This document shows, piece after piece, positions 31,528-43,798 of a stretch of 64,000 nt of DNA. Within the stretch, counting starts at the first letter, position 1. The number at the start of each line of letters is the position of its first letter. The notes under the pieces were generated by a model that was given only the letters and a program-made list of their open reading frames with translations, ran no database searches and had not been told where the DNA came from. Source of the DNA: an uncultured Ignavibacteriales bacterium (lineage in GTDB: Bacteria > Bacteroidota > Ignavibacteria > Ignavibacteriales > Ignavibacteriaceae); the NCBI GenBank assembly GCA_963764825.1, contig CAVXUA010000010.1:45010-109009 (forward strand). The letters run 5' to 3'. The position numbers and the translations under genes were made by a program.

Positions 31528-32890
31528 GTGAACTTTTTACCAGTAAACAATCATTATAAAAAAGTGCTTAGGGTTGCGCTGCCCGCAATTGCAGGGCTTT
31601 CCACACAAATGGTTGTTTCGCTTGTTGATACTGCTATGGTTGGAAGACTTGAAGAAGCAACCTATGCACTTGCTGCAATGGGTATTGGTGTGCTGGCAAC
31701 ATGGGCACTTATAAGTTTTTTCTCAAGCCTGGCAACGGGAATTCACGTAATTGTTGCCCGAAAGTATGGCGAAGGTGATTATATCTCCTGTGGTGTTACT
31801 CTTAATAACTCACTACTTATTGCCGTTTTGATTGGGGTTGTACTGGCTACGCTGGGAATTGTTTTTGCCGGACCTATCGCTCATCTATTTGCAACAGATC
31901 ATACTGTTGGTGAATATGCAAAAGATTATATCTTTTATAGATTTTTTGGTATCCCGTTTTTTTTAATTTCTGTTTCTTACCGGGGATTCTTTTTCGGAAT
32001 TAATAAAACAAAAATATTTATGTTTTCCGGGGTAATTACTAACCTGTTAAACGTACTTTTCAATTACATGTTTATTTACGGCGCATTTGGTTTACCAAGA
32101 ATGGGGCTGGCTGGTGCAGGGCTTGGTTCAACTCTGGCAACTTTGTTCGATCTATTCTTTTACACTTCAATTATTTTGCTTCCATGTTTATAGAAAGAGA
32201 TTTCAGAATTTTAAAAACTTCCGGCTTGATAAAAACATTATTTCAGGAATATTCAAAATATCTATCCCGGTTTCCTTCCAGAATGTTTTTATTTTAATTG
32301 GTTTTCTCAGTTTCGTTTCAATTATTGGAATAATCGGAACAAAAGAACAGGCAGCAACACAGGCAATCATCAGCACTTTGTTTATATCATTCCTTCCATG
32401 TTTTGGATTTGGAATTGCTGTGCAAACTTTGGTTGGTAATAATCTGGGTGCAGGAAAATTTAATCTTGCTAAAATTTACGGATTTGAAACTGCAAAAGTT
32501 GCAACAATTTATACCATCATACTTGGCTTTATTTTTATAATCATTCCGAATTATGTACTCTTAATAATTACCAATGATCAATCAATTATTGAAACAGCGA
32601 AATCATCTTTAAGAATTGCAGGTTTTGCACAAATATTTTACGGTATAGGTGTGGTTTTAGCTAACGGGTTGCAGGCAGCAGGGAGGACAGTATTCGTTAT
32701 GAAGGCTGAAATTTTAACCAATTTGTGCATTTTTGTACCTTTGGCATATTTTTTGGGGGTTCATCTACAATTAGGATTGGTTTATGCGTGGTTGGCGTTA
32801 CCAATATATATCATTAGTTACTCTTTAATGATATTTCTTAAATTTAATTCAAGTGATTGGTATACTAAAATTCCTGTAGAAAAAAGCTAA
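31528..32890 (+). CDS. MATE-family multidrug/sodium efflux transporter (frameshift near 32090-32190)
   Basis: Twelve hydrophobic segments. 'LPAIAGLSTQMVVSLVDTAMVGRL' is a typical MATE N-terminus. ORFs 31528-32193 and 32087-32890 are contiguous halves. Confidence 0.85.
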
Positions 32891-32986
32891 ATTTTGAACA
32901 AGTAATAAATTCCGATAAAATTACAGAAAAGTATAATGTTACCGAAAAGTATTGACATTAAGCTTATATCAAGATATATTTTGAGT

Positions 32987-33388
32987 ATGAAATTTGGATT
33001 TGCAAAGATTTTTGTATTATTCTTTGTTGTTACCGCAATATATGCGGGTGCATTTTTAGAATATTTCCATGGACGCAGCGAAGGTGAAGATATTCGGCTG
33101 GAATGGAAAACAGGTGAAGAGTCTAATCTTCAGAATTTTATTATTGAAAGAAAAACCCCGCAAAGTTCATTTGCCGAAATTATTACTATTCAACCTAAAG
33201 GAAATAATTCATTTTATTCTTATCTGGATAAATCTGCATATAAACCTACTAGTGCTATGATCTTTGTGTACCGATTAAAAATTGTTGATAACAATAATCA
33301 GGTTTCATACTCTGCAGAAATTACAGTATCGCACAATGTATCAGGCGTAAAGCGCACCTGGGGTAGCATCAAGGCAATGTTCAGGTGA
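32987..33388 (+). CDS. Hypothetical membrane-anchored protein with one FN3-like module
   Basis: N-terminal TM helix. 'IRLEWKTGEESNLQNFIIERK...YRLKIVDNNNQVSYS' parallels 'LNWTTVSETNNQMFEIERK...YRLKQIDFDGSFELS' in the metalloprotease at 3015-6032. Basic tail 'RTWGSIKAMFR'. Confidence 0.5.
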   Translation: MKFGFAKIFVLFFVVTAIYAGAFLEYFHGRSEGEDIRLEWKTGEESNLQNFIIERKTPQSSFAEIITIQPKGNNSFYSYLDKSAYKPTSAMIFVYRLKIVDNNNQVSYSAEITVSHNVSGVKRTWGSIKAMFR

Positions 33389-34684
33389 TTCTCGTCTCGG
33401 TCCACACAATTCCTTTTAAACACATCAATCAATTTTCAGTTTTAAAGTCTCTCAATTTATTTTCTTTTCTTTTTCTATTTATGCCTTTCACTTTCTTCAC
33501 AGGTTGTTCAAGTTCAACGCGATATACAATTGAGACTGAAATTCCTACAGAGATTGGATTAAACGAAACTGCAATTAGAGTTTTAATTGATGAAGATGAA
33601 ACATCCACATTCTTAACTCTCCAAACTCCTGTTTACTTATACAATGGTACAAAGAAACTGGCTTTAATAAATCCTGGAAACACAATTGAATGTTACAACA
33701 CTTCTGATGAAATAACAGTAAAGATAAATAGTAAAAAATTCACGGATAGTTATTTTCACCTTCAACCAGCAGATAACAGCCACATTAATTTTAACGGCAA
33801 ATCTTATAAGGGCTCTATTAAAACTTACGGCAACCGATAATTTTATTAAAGTTGTAAATTACATAGATCTTGAAGATTACCTTAAAGGTGTAATCTCAAA
33901 AGAAATGCCTTTAGGTGTTGGTACAGAAAATCTTGAAGCATCTAAAAGCATTAACAATTTGTGCAAGAACTTATGCAACCTTAAGAATGCAGGAAGGAAA
34001 ATCGATCTACGATATTTTTGATGATACAAGAGACCAAATGTATGGAGGGAAAGATGCAGAATCTCCGATTTCAGATCGAGCAGTTGAAGAAACTAGTGGT
34101 ATGATACTGAGCTATGCAAATGAACCAGCTGTGGTTTTTTATTCCTCTACATGCGGCGGGCATACTGCTGCAGTACATAATGTTTTTACAAATAAAGAAT
34201 ATCCTTACCTTCAAGGTGTATTAGATGGAAATGAACCTTATTGTAAAATATCATCAAGGTATAAATGGGAAGAAATTTATTCAAAAGATGTTTTAATTGA
34301 TAGACTGGTTGATGCCGCATTAATAAAGGATGATTCTTTATAAATTCGAAGAGATAAATATTAACAGCACAGTTTGATAGTGGAAGAGTTGATGAACTGG
34401 AAATTTTATTGGAAGACTTAGATGGAGAGGAAATATCAGTAAAAATTTATGGAAATGATATAAGAGGAGTTCTGCGGACAGGAAATGGTAAATCAGATTT
34501 GTGGAGTACATTGTTTGATATTTCAGATGAGGGTAATGAAATTATAATTGATGGTAATGGTTATGGACATGGCGTTGGGCTTTGCCAGTGGGGTGCAATT
34601 CATCTTTCTCAAGAAGGTTGGAATTACGAAGATATTCTTGAACATTATTTTCCTGGTACATCAATAGGAAAATTGAATGATTAA
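33385..34684 (+). CDS. SpoIID/LytB-domain protein (at least 2 frameshifts)
   Basis: Lipoprotein signal 'FFTGCSSS'. 'LEDYLKGVISKEMP', 'ALKALTICARTYA', 'YSSTCGGHTA', 'GHGVGLCQWGA' lie in successive frames (ORFs 33385-33840, 33915-34343, 34409-34684). Confidence 0.8.
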
Positions 34685-35255
34685 AACTTCTCTTCCTTTT
34701 TATCTCGCCTCAAAATCTCCAAGAAGAAGAATACTTTTAAAACAGCTTGGTATTGATTTCTCTTCTTTCTCAGTTGAATTAAATGAAGAAATAATTGATG
34801 GTGAACATCCCGTTGAATGCGTAACCCGACTTGCACTGGAAAAAATGGTTAAAGCAAAATTAGAAGTGAATGATGGAATAATTATTACAGCCGATACCCT
34901 TGTTGTACTTGGTAAAGAAGTAATTGGCAAACCATCCGATAAGAATGAAGCTGAGAAATATTTAAAAATGCTTAGCGGTAAAACTCATATTGTTTACACA
35001 GGGTTTTCTGTTTTTAATTCTATAACTCAAAAAGAAATTACGGATTACGAACAAACTGAAGTTGAATTCAGGATATTGGATGATCTTGAAATAAAAATTT
35101 ATGTAGATGGTGGAAGTCCAATGGATAAAGCCGGTGCCTACGGTATCCAGGATGATTTTGGAGCGGTGTTCGTTAAACAAATTAACGGCTGCTATTATAA
35201 TGTTGTTGGTTTACCTTTAACTAAATTGTACCAGGTTTTACGAAGTATAATATAG
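34677..35255 (+). CDS. maf: Maf-family nucleoside-triphosphate pyrophosphatase
   Basis: 192 aa. 'LASKSPRRRILLKQLGI', 'ADTLVVL', 'KAGAYGIQ'. Confidence 0.9.
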   Translation: MIKTSLPFYLASKSPRRRILLKQLGIDFSSFSVELNEEIIDGEHPVECVTRLALEKMVKAKLEVNDGIIITADTLVVLGKEVIGKPSDKNEAEKYLKMLSGKTHIVYTGFSVFNSITQKEITDYEQTEVEFRILDDLEIKIYVDGGSPMDKAGAYGIQDDFGAVFVKQINGCYYNVVGLPLTKLYQVLRSII

Positions 35256-35256
35256 C

Positions 35257-36210
35257 TTGCTTAAAAAATTAAAGAAAAAAGTTCTAATTTCTATTGTAAT
35301 TGGTGGTTTACTCTACCTCGCTTTTACAGTTTATGCTGATTATCAGAGCGTTATTAATGCCTTCAGTAAATTTAACTGGCTTCTTCTCCCGCTTCTTCTT
35401 TTCTTATCATTTCTAAATTATTTTACACGCTTTATTAAGTGGGATTATTATCTTTTAATTGTAAATATAAAACTTAAAAAAATTGATTCCCTCTCAATCT
35501 TTATGTCCGGGCTTATTATGAGCGTAACTCCGGGCAAAGTAGGTGAGTTGTTAAAATCATACCTTGTAAAGGAAGTTGCGAATGAACCGATCAGTAAAAC
35601 TGCTCCAATAATTTTTGCCGAGCGGATTACAGATTTTGTCTCCCTGCTTATTATCGCAATAGTAGGTGCTTATATTTTCGATTATGGTGGGGAAATTACA
35701 ATTGGAGTTGCACTTTTTTTCCTGCTGCTTATTATTATTATAAGTAACAAACGGCTGGCATTGCCAATTATCAATCAACTTGAAAAAATAAATTTATTAA
35801 AAAAGTATATTCATAATATTCATACCGCTTATACAAGTTCACATCAACTGCTAAAAATAAAACCTCTTTTACTGATGACGTTAGTTAGTTTGATTGCCTG
35901 GGGATTCGAATGTTTGGGATATTATTTTATTCTACTTAATTTTAGCATTGATTTTGGATTGATTTGGGCGTCATTTAGCTACAGTTTTGCTACTATAATA
36001 GGCGCAATTTCTATGCTGCCGGGTGGGTTGGGGGTTACAGAAGGTTCACTTACGTTCATGCTCATTCAAGAAAATATTTCTAAAGATGTAGCCGTTGCTA
36101 CAACATTTATTGTTAGGGTTGTTACACTTTGGTTTGCCGTTATTGTCGGAATTATCAGCGTTTCTTTTTATCAAAAAAGATTCGGAAAGTTAACAATCGA
36201 AACTGATTAA
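35257..36210 (+). CDS. Flippase-like membrane protein (UPF0104 / LPG-synthase TM-region family)
   Basis: 317 aa, about 8 TM helices, 'SVTPGKVGELLK' motif. TTG start. Confidence 0.65.
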   Translation: MLKKLKKKVLISIVIGGLLYLAFTVYADYQSVINAFSKFNWLLLPLLLFLSFLNYFTRFIKWDYYLLIVNIKLKKIDSLSIFMSGLIMSVTPGKVGELLKSYLVKEVANEPISKTAPIIFAERITDFVSLLIIAIVGAYIFDYGGEITIGVALFFLLLIIIISNKRLALPIINQLEKINLLKKYIHNIHTAYTSSHQLLKIKPLLLMTLVSLIAWGFECLGYYFILLNFSIDFGLIWASFSYSFATIIGAISMLPGGLGVTEGSLTFMLIQENISKDVAVATTFIVRVVTLWFAVIVGIISVSFYQKRFGKLTIETD

Positions 36211-36231
36211 TTTTATAAAAGGAGTTTAATT

Positions 36232-37486
36232 ATGGCTGGTTACAAAAAAATAAAAGTCCCTTCAACTGGTAAAAAGATTGTTGTAAAAGATAATCAATTG
36301 CAGGTACCCGATAAACCGATTATAGGTTTTATTGAAGGTGATGGAATAGGACCTGATATCTGGAAAGCTTCGAAAAGAGTATTGGAAGCTTCTGTTCAAA
36401 AAGCTTATAAAGGAAAAAAGAAAATTTCCTGGATGGAGATATATGCGGGGGATAAAGCAGTTAAAAAGTATGGAAAGAATAAATGGCTTCCTTCAGAAAC
36501 TGTGGATGCAATCAGGGAATATAGTGTAGCAATAAAAGGACCACTAACAACTCCTATAGGCGGAGGTATTAGAAGTCTGAACGTATCATTACGCCAGCAA
36601 CTGGATTTGTTTGCGTGTGTACGCCCGGTTAAATATTACACTGGTACACCTTCACCTATGAAAAATCCCCAGTTGTTAGATATAGTTTTATTCAGAGAAA
36701 ATACTGAAGACGTTTATTCAGGAATTGAATTTAAATCCGGTACAAAAGCAGCGCAGCAGTTAATCCGCTATATAAATAAAATGACAAAGAAAAACATTCG
36801 ACCAGGTTCGGGGATTGGCATTAAACCGATTAGTGAATTTGGAACAGCCCGATTAGTTAAAAAAGCTATTGAGTATGCTAGAGATAACGGGAGAAGAAGT
36901 GTAACCCTTGTTCATAAAGGAAATATTATGAAGTTTACTGAAGGATCATTCAAGAGACTGGGGTTATAAAGTTGCGAAGAAGGAATTTCCGAAACTCACA
37001 ATTACTGAAGATGAACTTTGGAGTAAATATGATGGTAAACTTCCTGCCGGTAAAATTCTTATTAAAGATAGAATTGCTGACAGCATTTTCCAACAATTGC
37101 TGCTAAGACCAGATGAGTATGATGTTCTTGCAACCCCGAATTTAAATGGAGATTACCTTTCCGATGCTGCTGCTGCACAGGTTGGCGGGCTGGGAATGGC
37201 TCCCGGCGCAAACATTGGTTACCATACTGCATTATTTGAAGCTACACATGGAACTGCACCAAAATATGCTGGCAAGGATATGGTGAATCCTGGTTCGGTT
37301 ATTCTTTCTGGTGTAATGATGCTTGAATATCTTGGCTGGAAAAAAGCTGCCGACCTGGTAGAGAAAGCTATAAAACGTACTATTCGTTCTAAAGTTGTTA
37401 CATATGATTTTGCAAGACAGATGAAAGGTGCTAAGAAAGTTAAAACTTCCAGGTTTGCCGATGAAATTATAAAGAATATGAAGTAA
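36232..37486 (+). CDS. icd: NADP-dependent isocitrate dehydrogenase (frameshifted between about 36950 and 37100)
   Basis: '[11 protein letters not shown]', '[22 protein letters not shown]', '[27 protein letters not shown]', '[11 protein letters not shown]'. Confidence 0.92.
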
Positions 37487-37547
37487 AAATTTTCTAGTAT
37501 TATAATATTAGTTTTAATAATATCTATTTCTTTTTTTAGGTCAAAAA

Positions 37548-37572
37548 AACGGCTTTTATGAGCCGTTTTCTT
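37548..37572 (+). terminator. Intrinsic terminator after icd
   Basis: AACGGCT (37548-37554) pairs with AGCCGTT (37561-37567), followed by TTTCTTG. Confidence 0.6.
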
Positions 37573-37634
37573 GATTTTCAAAACCTCTATTATTATATTT
37601 ATAACTCTAATTTTTCTTTTGAAAGGAGTGAATT

Positions 37635-38055
37635 ATGGCACAGGAAAATAATTTTGGTAAAGGTTTGTTGTTAGGTCTTTTAACTGGCGGCGCCATTGGA
37701 GCTGCATTTGCACTTCTTTATGCACCAAAAAGCGGTAAAGAACTTCGGGAAGAAATTAAAAGCAAATCCGATGATTACCTGGATGATGCTGAAAAATATC
37801 TTGCTGAAGCTAAAGACAAGGCAATCAATTTAATAAATGATGGCAAAAAGAAATCTGAACATTTAATAAAAGATGCCAAAATTAAATCTGATAAGTTGAT
37901 GAAGGATGCTGAAAAGGTTATGCACGATGCAAAGTTGAAAATCTGGTGACTATTTAAAAACCGGAAAAGAATCTGCTGAGCAAAAACGAGATCAGATTAA
38001 AACCGCTATTAAAGCTGGCGTTGATGCATATAAAGAAACTAAAAAATCAGAATAG
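37635..38055 (+). CDS. YtxH-domain general stress protein (frameshift near 37945)
   Basis: 'GLLLGLLTGGAIGAAFALLYAPKSGKELREEIK', then a K/D/E-rich helical tail. The tail continues in another frame to 38055. Confidence 0.7.
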
Positions 38056-38067
38056 TAATTTTCTTTA

Positions 38068-38452
38068 ATGGATATTATAAGATATTTTAACAGTTATTCT
38101 GCTAATTTCAGCATCTGCTCTTTGCATTGCTCTTATTTTTTATTTGGCTAAAATTACCAATTCGCTTAATGCTATGCAGAAAAATCTTAATGAAATTTCT
38201 TCGGAGATCAGCAATTTGATAGTTAATGTTTCGGATCTTACAGAAAAAATTTCTACCATTACAGAAGATGCTAAGGGTCAAATTCAAACCTCAAAAAACA
38301 TCGTTCAAAGCGTTAAAAGTAGGGTCGATACCATTCTAAGTCTTGAAGAAAGAGCTCGAGATGGAATAGAAGGTCCTTTGATGACGCTGGTAAATAATTT
38401 TAGGGCAATTGCTAACGGACTTAATACGTTCATAAGTCACTTCAAAAAATAA
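38068..38452 (+). CDS. Small membrane-anchored coiled-coil protein, DUF948-like (frameshift near 38090)
   Basis: TM helix 'LLISASALCIALIFYLA' followed by a helical region. Commonly paired with YtxH genes. Confidence 0.4.
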
Positions 38453-38492
38453 TATTTCATAAACTTAGCTGTATAATACCAGGAGGGTATAA

Positions 38493-40589
38493 TTGAAAGA
38501 GTTCGAAACTGAATCAATAAGGAATATTGCTTTAATTGGGCATGGCAGCAGTGGCAAGACTTCATTATCTGAAATTCTTCTTTTCACTGCAGGAGAAACA
38601 AACAGGATTGGAAGCATTACCGAAGGTAACACCATTTCCGATTACACATCTAACGAAATTGATAAACAAATTTCAATCTCAACTTCACTAATGCACCTTG
38701 CCTGGAATAATATAAAAGTTAACATATTGGATACTCCGGGTTATTCCGATTTTGTTGGCGATGTTAAAAGTGCTATGAAAGTTTGCGATAATGCAGTACT
38801 TGTATTAAGATCTGCAGAAGGTGTTGAGGTTGGCTCTGAGGTTGCAAATAATTTTATTTCAGAATATAACGTTCCGTCATCTGTTATTATTAACAAAGTT
38901 GATAACGAACATTCTACTTTTAATGATACTTTACAGCAAATAAAAGACCGTATAAGTTCCAATGCAACGGTTATTACATTTCCGGTTTCCGAGGGAATAA
39001 ATTTTGATACTGTTGTTGACGTTATTAAAATGAAAGCATCCACTTATGGAGATGCAGGCAGCAGAAAAGTAACTGAAATTGAAATTCCGGATAATGTAAA
39101 ATTAGAAGCAGAAGCTTTAAGAACCGAATTGATTGAATCGGTTGCTGAAAATTCTGAAGAGTTAATGAATAAGTACTTTGAAGACAGGCACGCTCTCCGA
39201 TGAAGATTTGAAAGCTGGTTTAATAATGGGAATTGCAAACAGGAGCCTCATACCTGTTTTTGCAATTTCAGCAACTAAAGGTGTAGGAACTAATAATTTT
39301 TTGGATTTTGTTACGGATTATTTCCCTTCACCTTTGGCAAAAGGATGGAGAAGAAGCTATTCTCGCGGGGAAAGATGAATCGATAAAAATTAAACCCGAT
39401 CCGAATGGCGAACCAGTAATGTTTATATTTAAAACAATTTCCGAACCACACGTAGGAGAACTTTCCTTATTCAAGGTTTACTCTGGTAAAGTTAGTGCTG
39501 GCATGGATTTATTAAATGAAGCAAATAATAAAGGCGAGCGGCTTAACCAATTATCAATCTTGAATGGGCATCACAGAAAAGAGGTTTCGCAAATTGTTGC
39601 AGGTGATATTGGAGCAGTTGTTAAACTTAAGGACTCACACACAAATAACACTCTTGCGTCAAAAAGTTATCCTGTAATAATTACTCCTATTGTATTTCCT
39701 GAAGCGGTTATTAGAGGCGCAATTGTTCCTAAAGCAAAAGGTGATGAAGATAAAATTGCAACCGGTTTACATACATTTGCATGAAGAAGATCCTTCCTTC
39801 AACGTAAAATTTGATCCTGAAATCTCACAAACGATAATTTCAGGGCAAGGCGAAACACAATTAACTCTTGCAGTTAAACGTCTTAAAGAAAGATACGGTG
39901 TGGAAGTTGATCTACTCGAACCAAGAATTCCTTTCCGGGAAACTATGAAAAAACAAGTTGCCGATGTTGAGTATAAACATAAAAAGCAATCCGGCGGAAG
40001 AGGTCAGTATGGGCATGTACACTTTAAAATGGAACCTCTTCCAAGAGGAAAAGGATTTGAGTTTGTTAATGCTATTGTTGGTGGAGTTGTTCCTGGCAGG
40101 TTTATACCTGCGGTAGATAAAGGGATTCAGGAAATAATGGATAGAGGTGTTCTTGCCGGAAATAAGGTAGTTGATGTTAGAGTTACTCTGTTTGATGGTA
40201 CTTTTCACAATGTAGATTCGGATGAAATGTCATTTAAAATTGCAGCTTCGCAATGTTTTAAAAAGGGTTTCATGAACGCAAATCCTTGCCTGCTTGAACC
40301 AATTTATGAAATTGAAATAAAAGTTCCGGAAGATTATATGGGTGATGTAATGGGAGATATTTCCAGCAAGCGTGGTAAAATACTTGGAATGGATTCCGAT
40401 GGCCAGTTCCAGGTGATAAAAGCACACGTTCCGCTTGCAGAGCTTTACAGGTATTCTTCTCATCTAAGAAGCTTAACCCAGGGAAGAGGTGTTCATCACA
40501 GAAAATTCGATCATTATGAAGAAGTACCTAAAGAAGTTGAACAAAAAGTGATTGATGAGTATAATAAATCTAGAGAAGAAGGAAATTAA
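38493..40589 (+). CDS. Elongation factor G paralogue (EF-G2-like GTPase); at least 3 frameshifts
   Basis: G1 'GHGSSGKTS', G3 'DTPGYSDF', G4 'NKVD'. Domain IV/V motifs 'QSGGRGQYGHV', 'PVLLEPI'-like 'PCLLEPIYEIEI', 'MGDISSKRGKILGM'. Four ORF fragments are collinear. Confidence 0.9.
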
Positions 40590-40651
40590 AACTAATGCTG
40601 TCTGTTAATTCAGGCAATTCATATACAATCATTATACTTTTATAAAATACT

Positions 40652-41159
40652 ATGGATAATCTCTGGTCACCCTGGCGATCAAAATATATAGAATCATTCA
40701 GAGAAGAACAGATAGATAATGTTTGTATTTTCTGTGATGCTGCCCTAAAGGATGTTTCCGATCCTGATAACCTTCTTATTTATAAAAATGATATTATGCT
40801 TACCATGCTTAACCTTTATCCATACAACAATGGTCATTTGATGATTGTACCGATCAGGCATATGGATGAGTTAACAGATCTTACAGTTAGAAGAATCGGC
40901 AGAATTGATGAAGCAGTTGCAGGTTGCAAAAAAAGCCCTAACGGAAGTTTATCAACCTCAGGGGTTTAATATTGGAGCTAACCTTGGCAGGGTTGGCGGT
41001 GCAGGTATTGATGAGCATCTCCATTTTCATATTGTGCCCAGGTGGAGCGGCGATACAAATTTTATGCCTGTACTTGGAGAAGTGAAAGTCATTTCGCAGG
41101 AATTAAAAGAGACAAAAGAAAAACTTGTTGAAGCTTATAAAAAAGTTTTAAACAAGTAA
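40652..41159 (+). CDS. HIT-family nucleotide hydrolase/transferase (frameshift near 40905-40970)
   Basis: 'CIFC', 'NLYPYNNGHLMIVP', histidine triad 'HLHFHIVPR'. Confidence 0.85.
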
Positions 41160-41239
41160 TTGAATAATTTTAATAAAAAACTTTCGTAACCTTCCTCGGT
41201 ATTAGTAGATAATTTCAATTCAATAGAAACTGGATTGCC

Positions 41240-41809
41240 ATGTTAGCTAAAAATTTATTCGCTAAATTATTATCCGATAATTATTGCAAGCTTATTACAG
41301 CTTTTAATTATATCCTGCGGTGATAATGTTGAACTAACAGAAAATGAACTTGAAATAAGAGATAACGTGATATATGAACGTGGTAAGAAAATTCCTTTCA
41401 CAGGTATAGAACGGGCATTGAGTTGAAGAAAGAGTTATTGAATATGAAATTGTAGATGGAGTTAAACATGGCAGCTTTAAACTGTATTATAAAAATGGCA
41501 ATGAAGAAATAATTGGTATGATTGAAAACAATATCAATACAGGGGAATGGAAGTATTATTATGAATCAGGTAAGCTTGAATCCGAAGGATATTTTGTTGA
41601 TGATATGCCTGAAGGCAGGTGGGTTTGGTACTATGAATCCGGCAGAATTAAAAGAGGAAGGAAGTTTCCATAAAGGAAATCGAGTTGCATGGTGGTATCA
41701 ATACGATCCTAATGGGAATGAATCCTATAATAAAAATTTTGATGAGATAGATTCTTCAGATACAGGTATTGATAGTTTATTCAACAAAGTTGAAAAATAT
41801 CCGTTCTAA
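41240..41809 (+). CDS. MORN-repeat (YwqK-like) lipoprotein (several frameshifts)
   Basis: Repeats 'DGVKHGSFKLYYKNG', 'NTGEWKYYYESGKLESEGYF', 'PEGRWVWYYESGRIKEEG', 'GNRVAWWYQYDPNG' are spread over three frames. Confidence 0.55.
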
Positions 41810-41811
41810 CA

Positions 41812-42665
41812 ATGTTAAGGATTGGAACTTGCAGTTGGAAGTATGATTCGTGGCGTGGATTGGTTTATTCTGATAAAGAAAAAATTAATTATCTCGAGGA
41901 GTATTCACAAAAATATAATACTGTAGAGATCGATCAATGGTTCTGGTCACTTTTTCCTCCTTCTAAAGCTGTTTTGCCAAATAGCAATATTGTAGAATCT
42001 TATAAAAACTCCGTTCCAAAAGACTTCCTATTCACTATTAAAGTTCCCAATTCAATCACTTTAACTCATTATTATAAAAGAAGTAAAGATGAGCAACTTA
42101 ATCCAAATCCTTATTTCTTATCAAATGATCTCTTTGATGAATTTATTAGAATACTTGATCCTTTAAAGGATAATATTGGATGTCTAATTTTTCAGTTTGA
42201 ATATTTGAATAAACAGAAAATGAGCTCACTTTCTGAATTTCAGGATAAATTCAATAAATTCTATAGTAATGTAGAGAGCGATGCTCCGCCTATTGGAATT
42301 GAGATTAGAAATCCAAATTATCTAAATAAATCATATTTTCAATTTCTTTCTGATCTAAATATAACGCCGGTTTTTTTGGAAGGATATTATATGCCTTCTG
42401 CTTCAAAAGTTTACATAGCACTATAAAGATTATATCAAGCGATCGGCTGTTATCCGTCTGCACGGACCGGATAGAAAGGGAATTGAAAAATTGGCAAACG
42501 ATAATTGGAACAAAATTTATATAAACCGTGATAAGGAACTGAAGCGGAATAGTTGAAATGATCCGAGATTTGAAGAACCAGGAGGTTGATTTATTTGTAA
42601 ATGTAAATAATCATTTCGAAGGATCTGCTCCTCTTACAATTAAAAAAATAAAAGAAATGCTTTGA
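41812..42665 (+). CDS. DUF72-family protein (frameshifts after 42420)
   Basis: 'MLRIGTCSWKYDSW', 'YNTVEIDQWFW', 'IRLHGPDR' and the C-terminal 'VNVNNHFEGSAP' continue in other frames. Confidence 0.75.
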
Positions 42666-42739
42666 TTTCATTTAATTACACACTCATGTCTGCTGTTGAT
42701 TTAGGAGTTCAATCGTATTAAATTTGTAACCTAAATTTT

Positions 42740-42813
42740 GGGCCCATAGCTCAGTTGGTTAGAGCATTTGACTCATAATCAAAGGGTCGGTGGTTCGAGT
42801 CCATCTGGGCCCA
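42740..42813 (+). tRNA. tRNA with CAT anticodon (elongator Met, or Ile2 if lysidinylated)
   Basis: GGGCCCA acceptor, D-arm GCTCAGTTGGTTAGAGC, anticodon arm TTTGA-CTCATAA-TCAAA, T-arm GGTGGTTCGAGTCCATC. The 1:72 pair is Watson-Crick, so it is not an initiator. Confidence 0.88.
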
Positions 42814-42814
42814 C

Positions 42815-42851
42815 TAAAAAAAAGCCCTGTAGCTTATTAAGTTGCAGGGCT
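42815..42851 (-). terminator. Bidirectional intrinsic terminator (strong for uspA on the minus strand, weaker for the tRNA on the plus strand)
   Basis: AGCCCTG (42823-42829) pairs with CAGGGCT (42845-42851). A run of 8 T follows on the minus strand (complement of 42815-42822). Confidence 0.7.
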
Positions 42852-42877
42852 ATTTTATATTTATTCTAAGCTAAATT

Positions 42878-43798
42878 TTAGCTTAAATCCTTACCAAATG
42901 AATTAACTGTAAAAACCGGACAGGAAGCCATCCTTACAACTTTTTCTGTTACACTTCCAAGCAGCAGATGTTTAATGCCGGTTAATCCGTGAGTAGCAAT
43001 AACAACCAGGTCGCTTAAATTCTCATTTGCAAATTTAATTATATCGTTTGCTGCCTGCCCCCCTTTCACAATTATTCCCGTCTTCTCTTTGGATACTCCT
43101 GTTTCCTCAATCAACTTTTCTATTCTTCTCCTGCAATCTGTTTCTATACCAGGAACAAGATCAAATATTGAAGACTTACCTGATAGTGAAAAAGCAGGGT
43201 GTATAGTATCTTCAATTACATGTAATATCTGAATGCTTGCATTATAAGATTCGGCAATTTCTTTTGCATAGATGAGTGCCTTTTTAGAATGATCTGAAAA
43301 GTCTATCGGCACTAGTATATGCTCAAATAATTTAATAGGTTTTATTTCTTCAGATTCGCGAATGGTGAAAACCGGGCATTCAGCCAATCGAACTACTTCC
43401 TCTGATGCGCTTCCCAAAAGTAAATGTTCAATTCCTCTTCTGCCATGCGTTCCCATCACAATCAAATCGATACCGTTTTTGGAAGAATATTCTAAAATTG
43501 CCGGGGCTGCTGAGATTGCACGTTTTTGTTTTACTATTATTTCCATATCATCGTTTCCATGAGCATTGGCAACAGTGTTCAATTGAATCTCGGCTTTCTC
43601 TTCCAATTTTCTTATCAGGTCTTCCGTTTCTGCTAACTCATTGCTTAGTACATCTGGTTGGTCTTTATAAAGAGTTACAACATGTAAAAGATGAAGTGCT
43701 GCCTGGTACTTCTCTGCAAGGTAAACAGCATGAGTTAGTGCTTGATCGGCACAGCGGGAAAAATCTGTAGGGAATAATATATTTTTCAATTTGATCAT
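42878..43798 (-). CDS. Tandem universal stress protein (UspA) domain protein
   Basis: Two USP modules, each ending 'GTHGRRG...LLGS..E.V.R...CPV(F)T(I/V)'. Confidence 0.9.
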   Translation of the reverse strand: MIKLKNILFPTDFSRCADQALTHAVYLAEKYQAALHLLHVVTLYKDQPDVLSNELAETEDLIRKLEEKAEIQLNTVANAHGNDDMEIIVKQKRAISAAPAILEYSSKNGIDLIVMGTHGRRGIEHLLLGSASEEVVRLAECPVFTIRESEEIKPIKLFEHILVPIDFSDHSKKALIYAKEIAESYNASIQILHVIEDTIHPAFSLSGKSSIFDLVPGIETDCRRRIEKLIEETGVSKEKTGIIVKGGQAANDIIKFANENLSDLVVIATHGLTGIKHLLLGSVTEKVVRMASCPVFTVNSFGKDLS

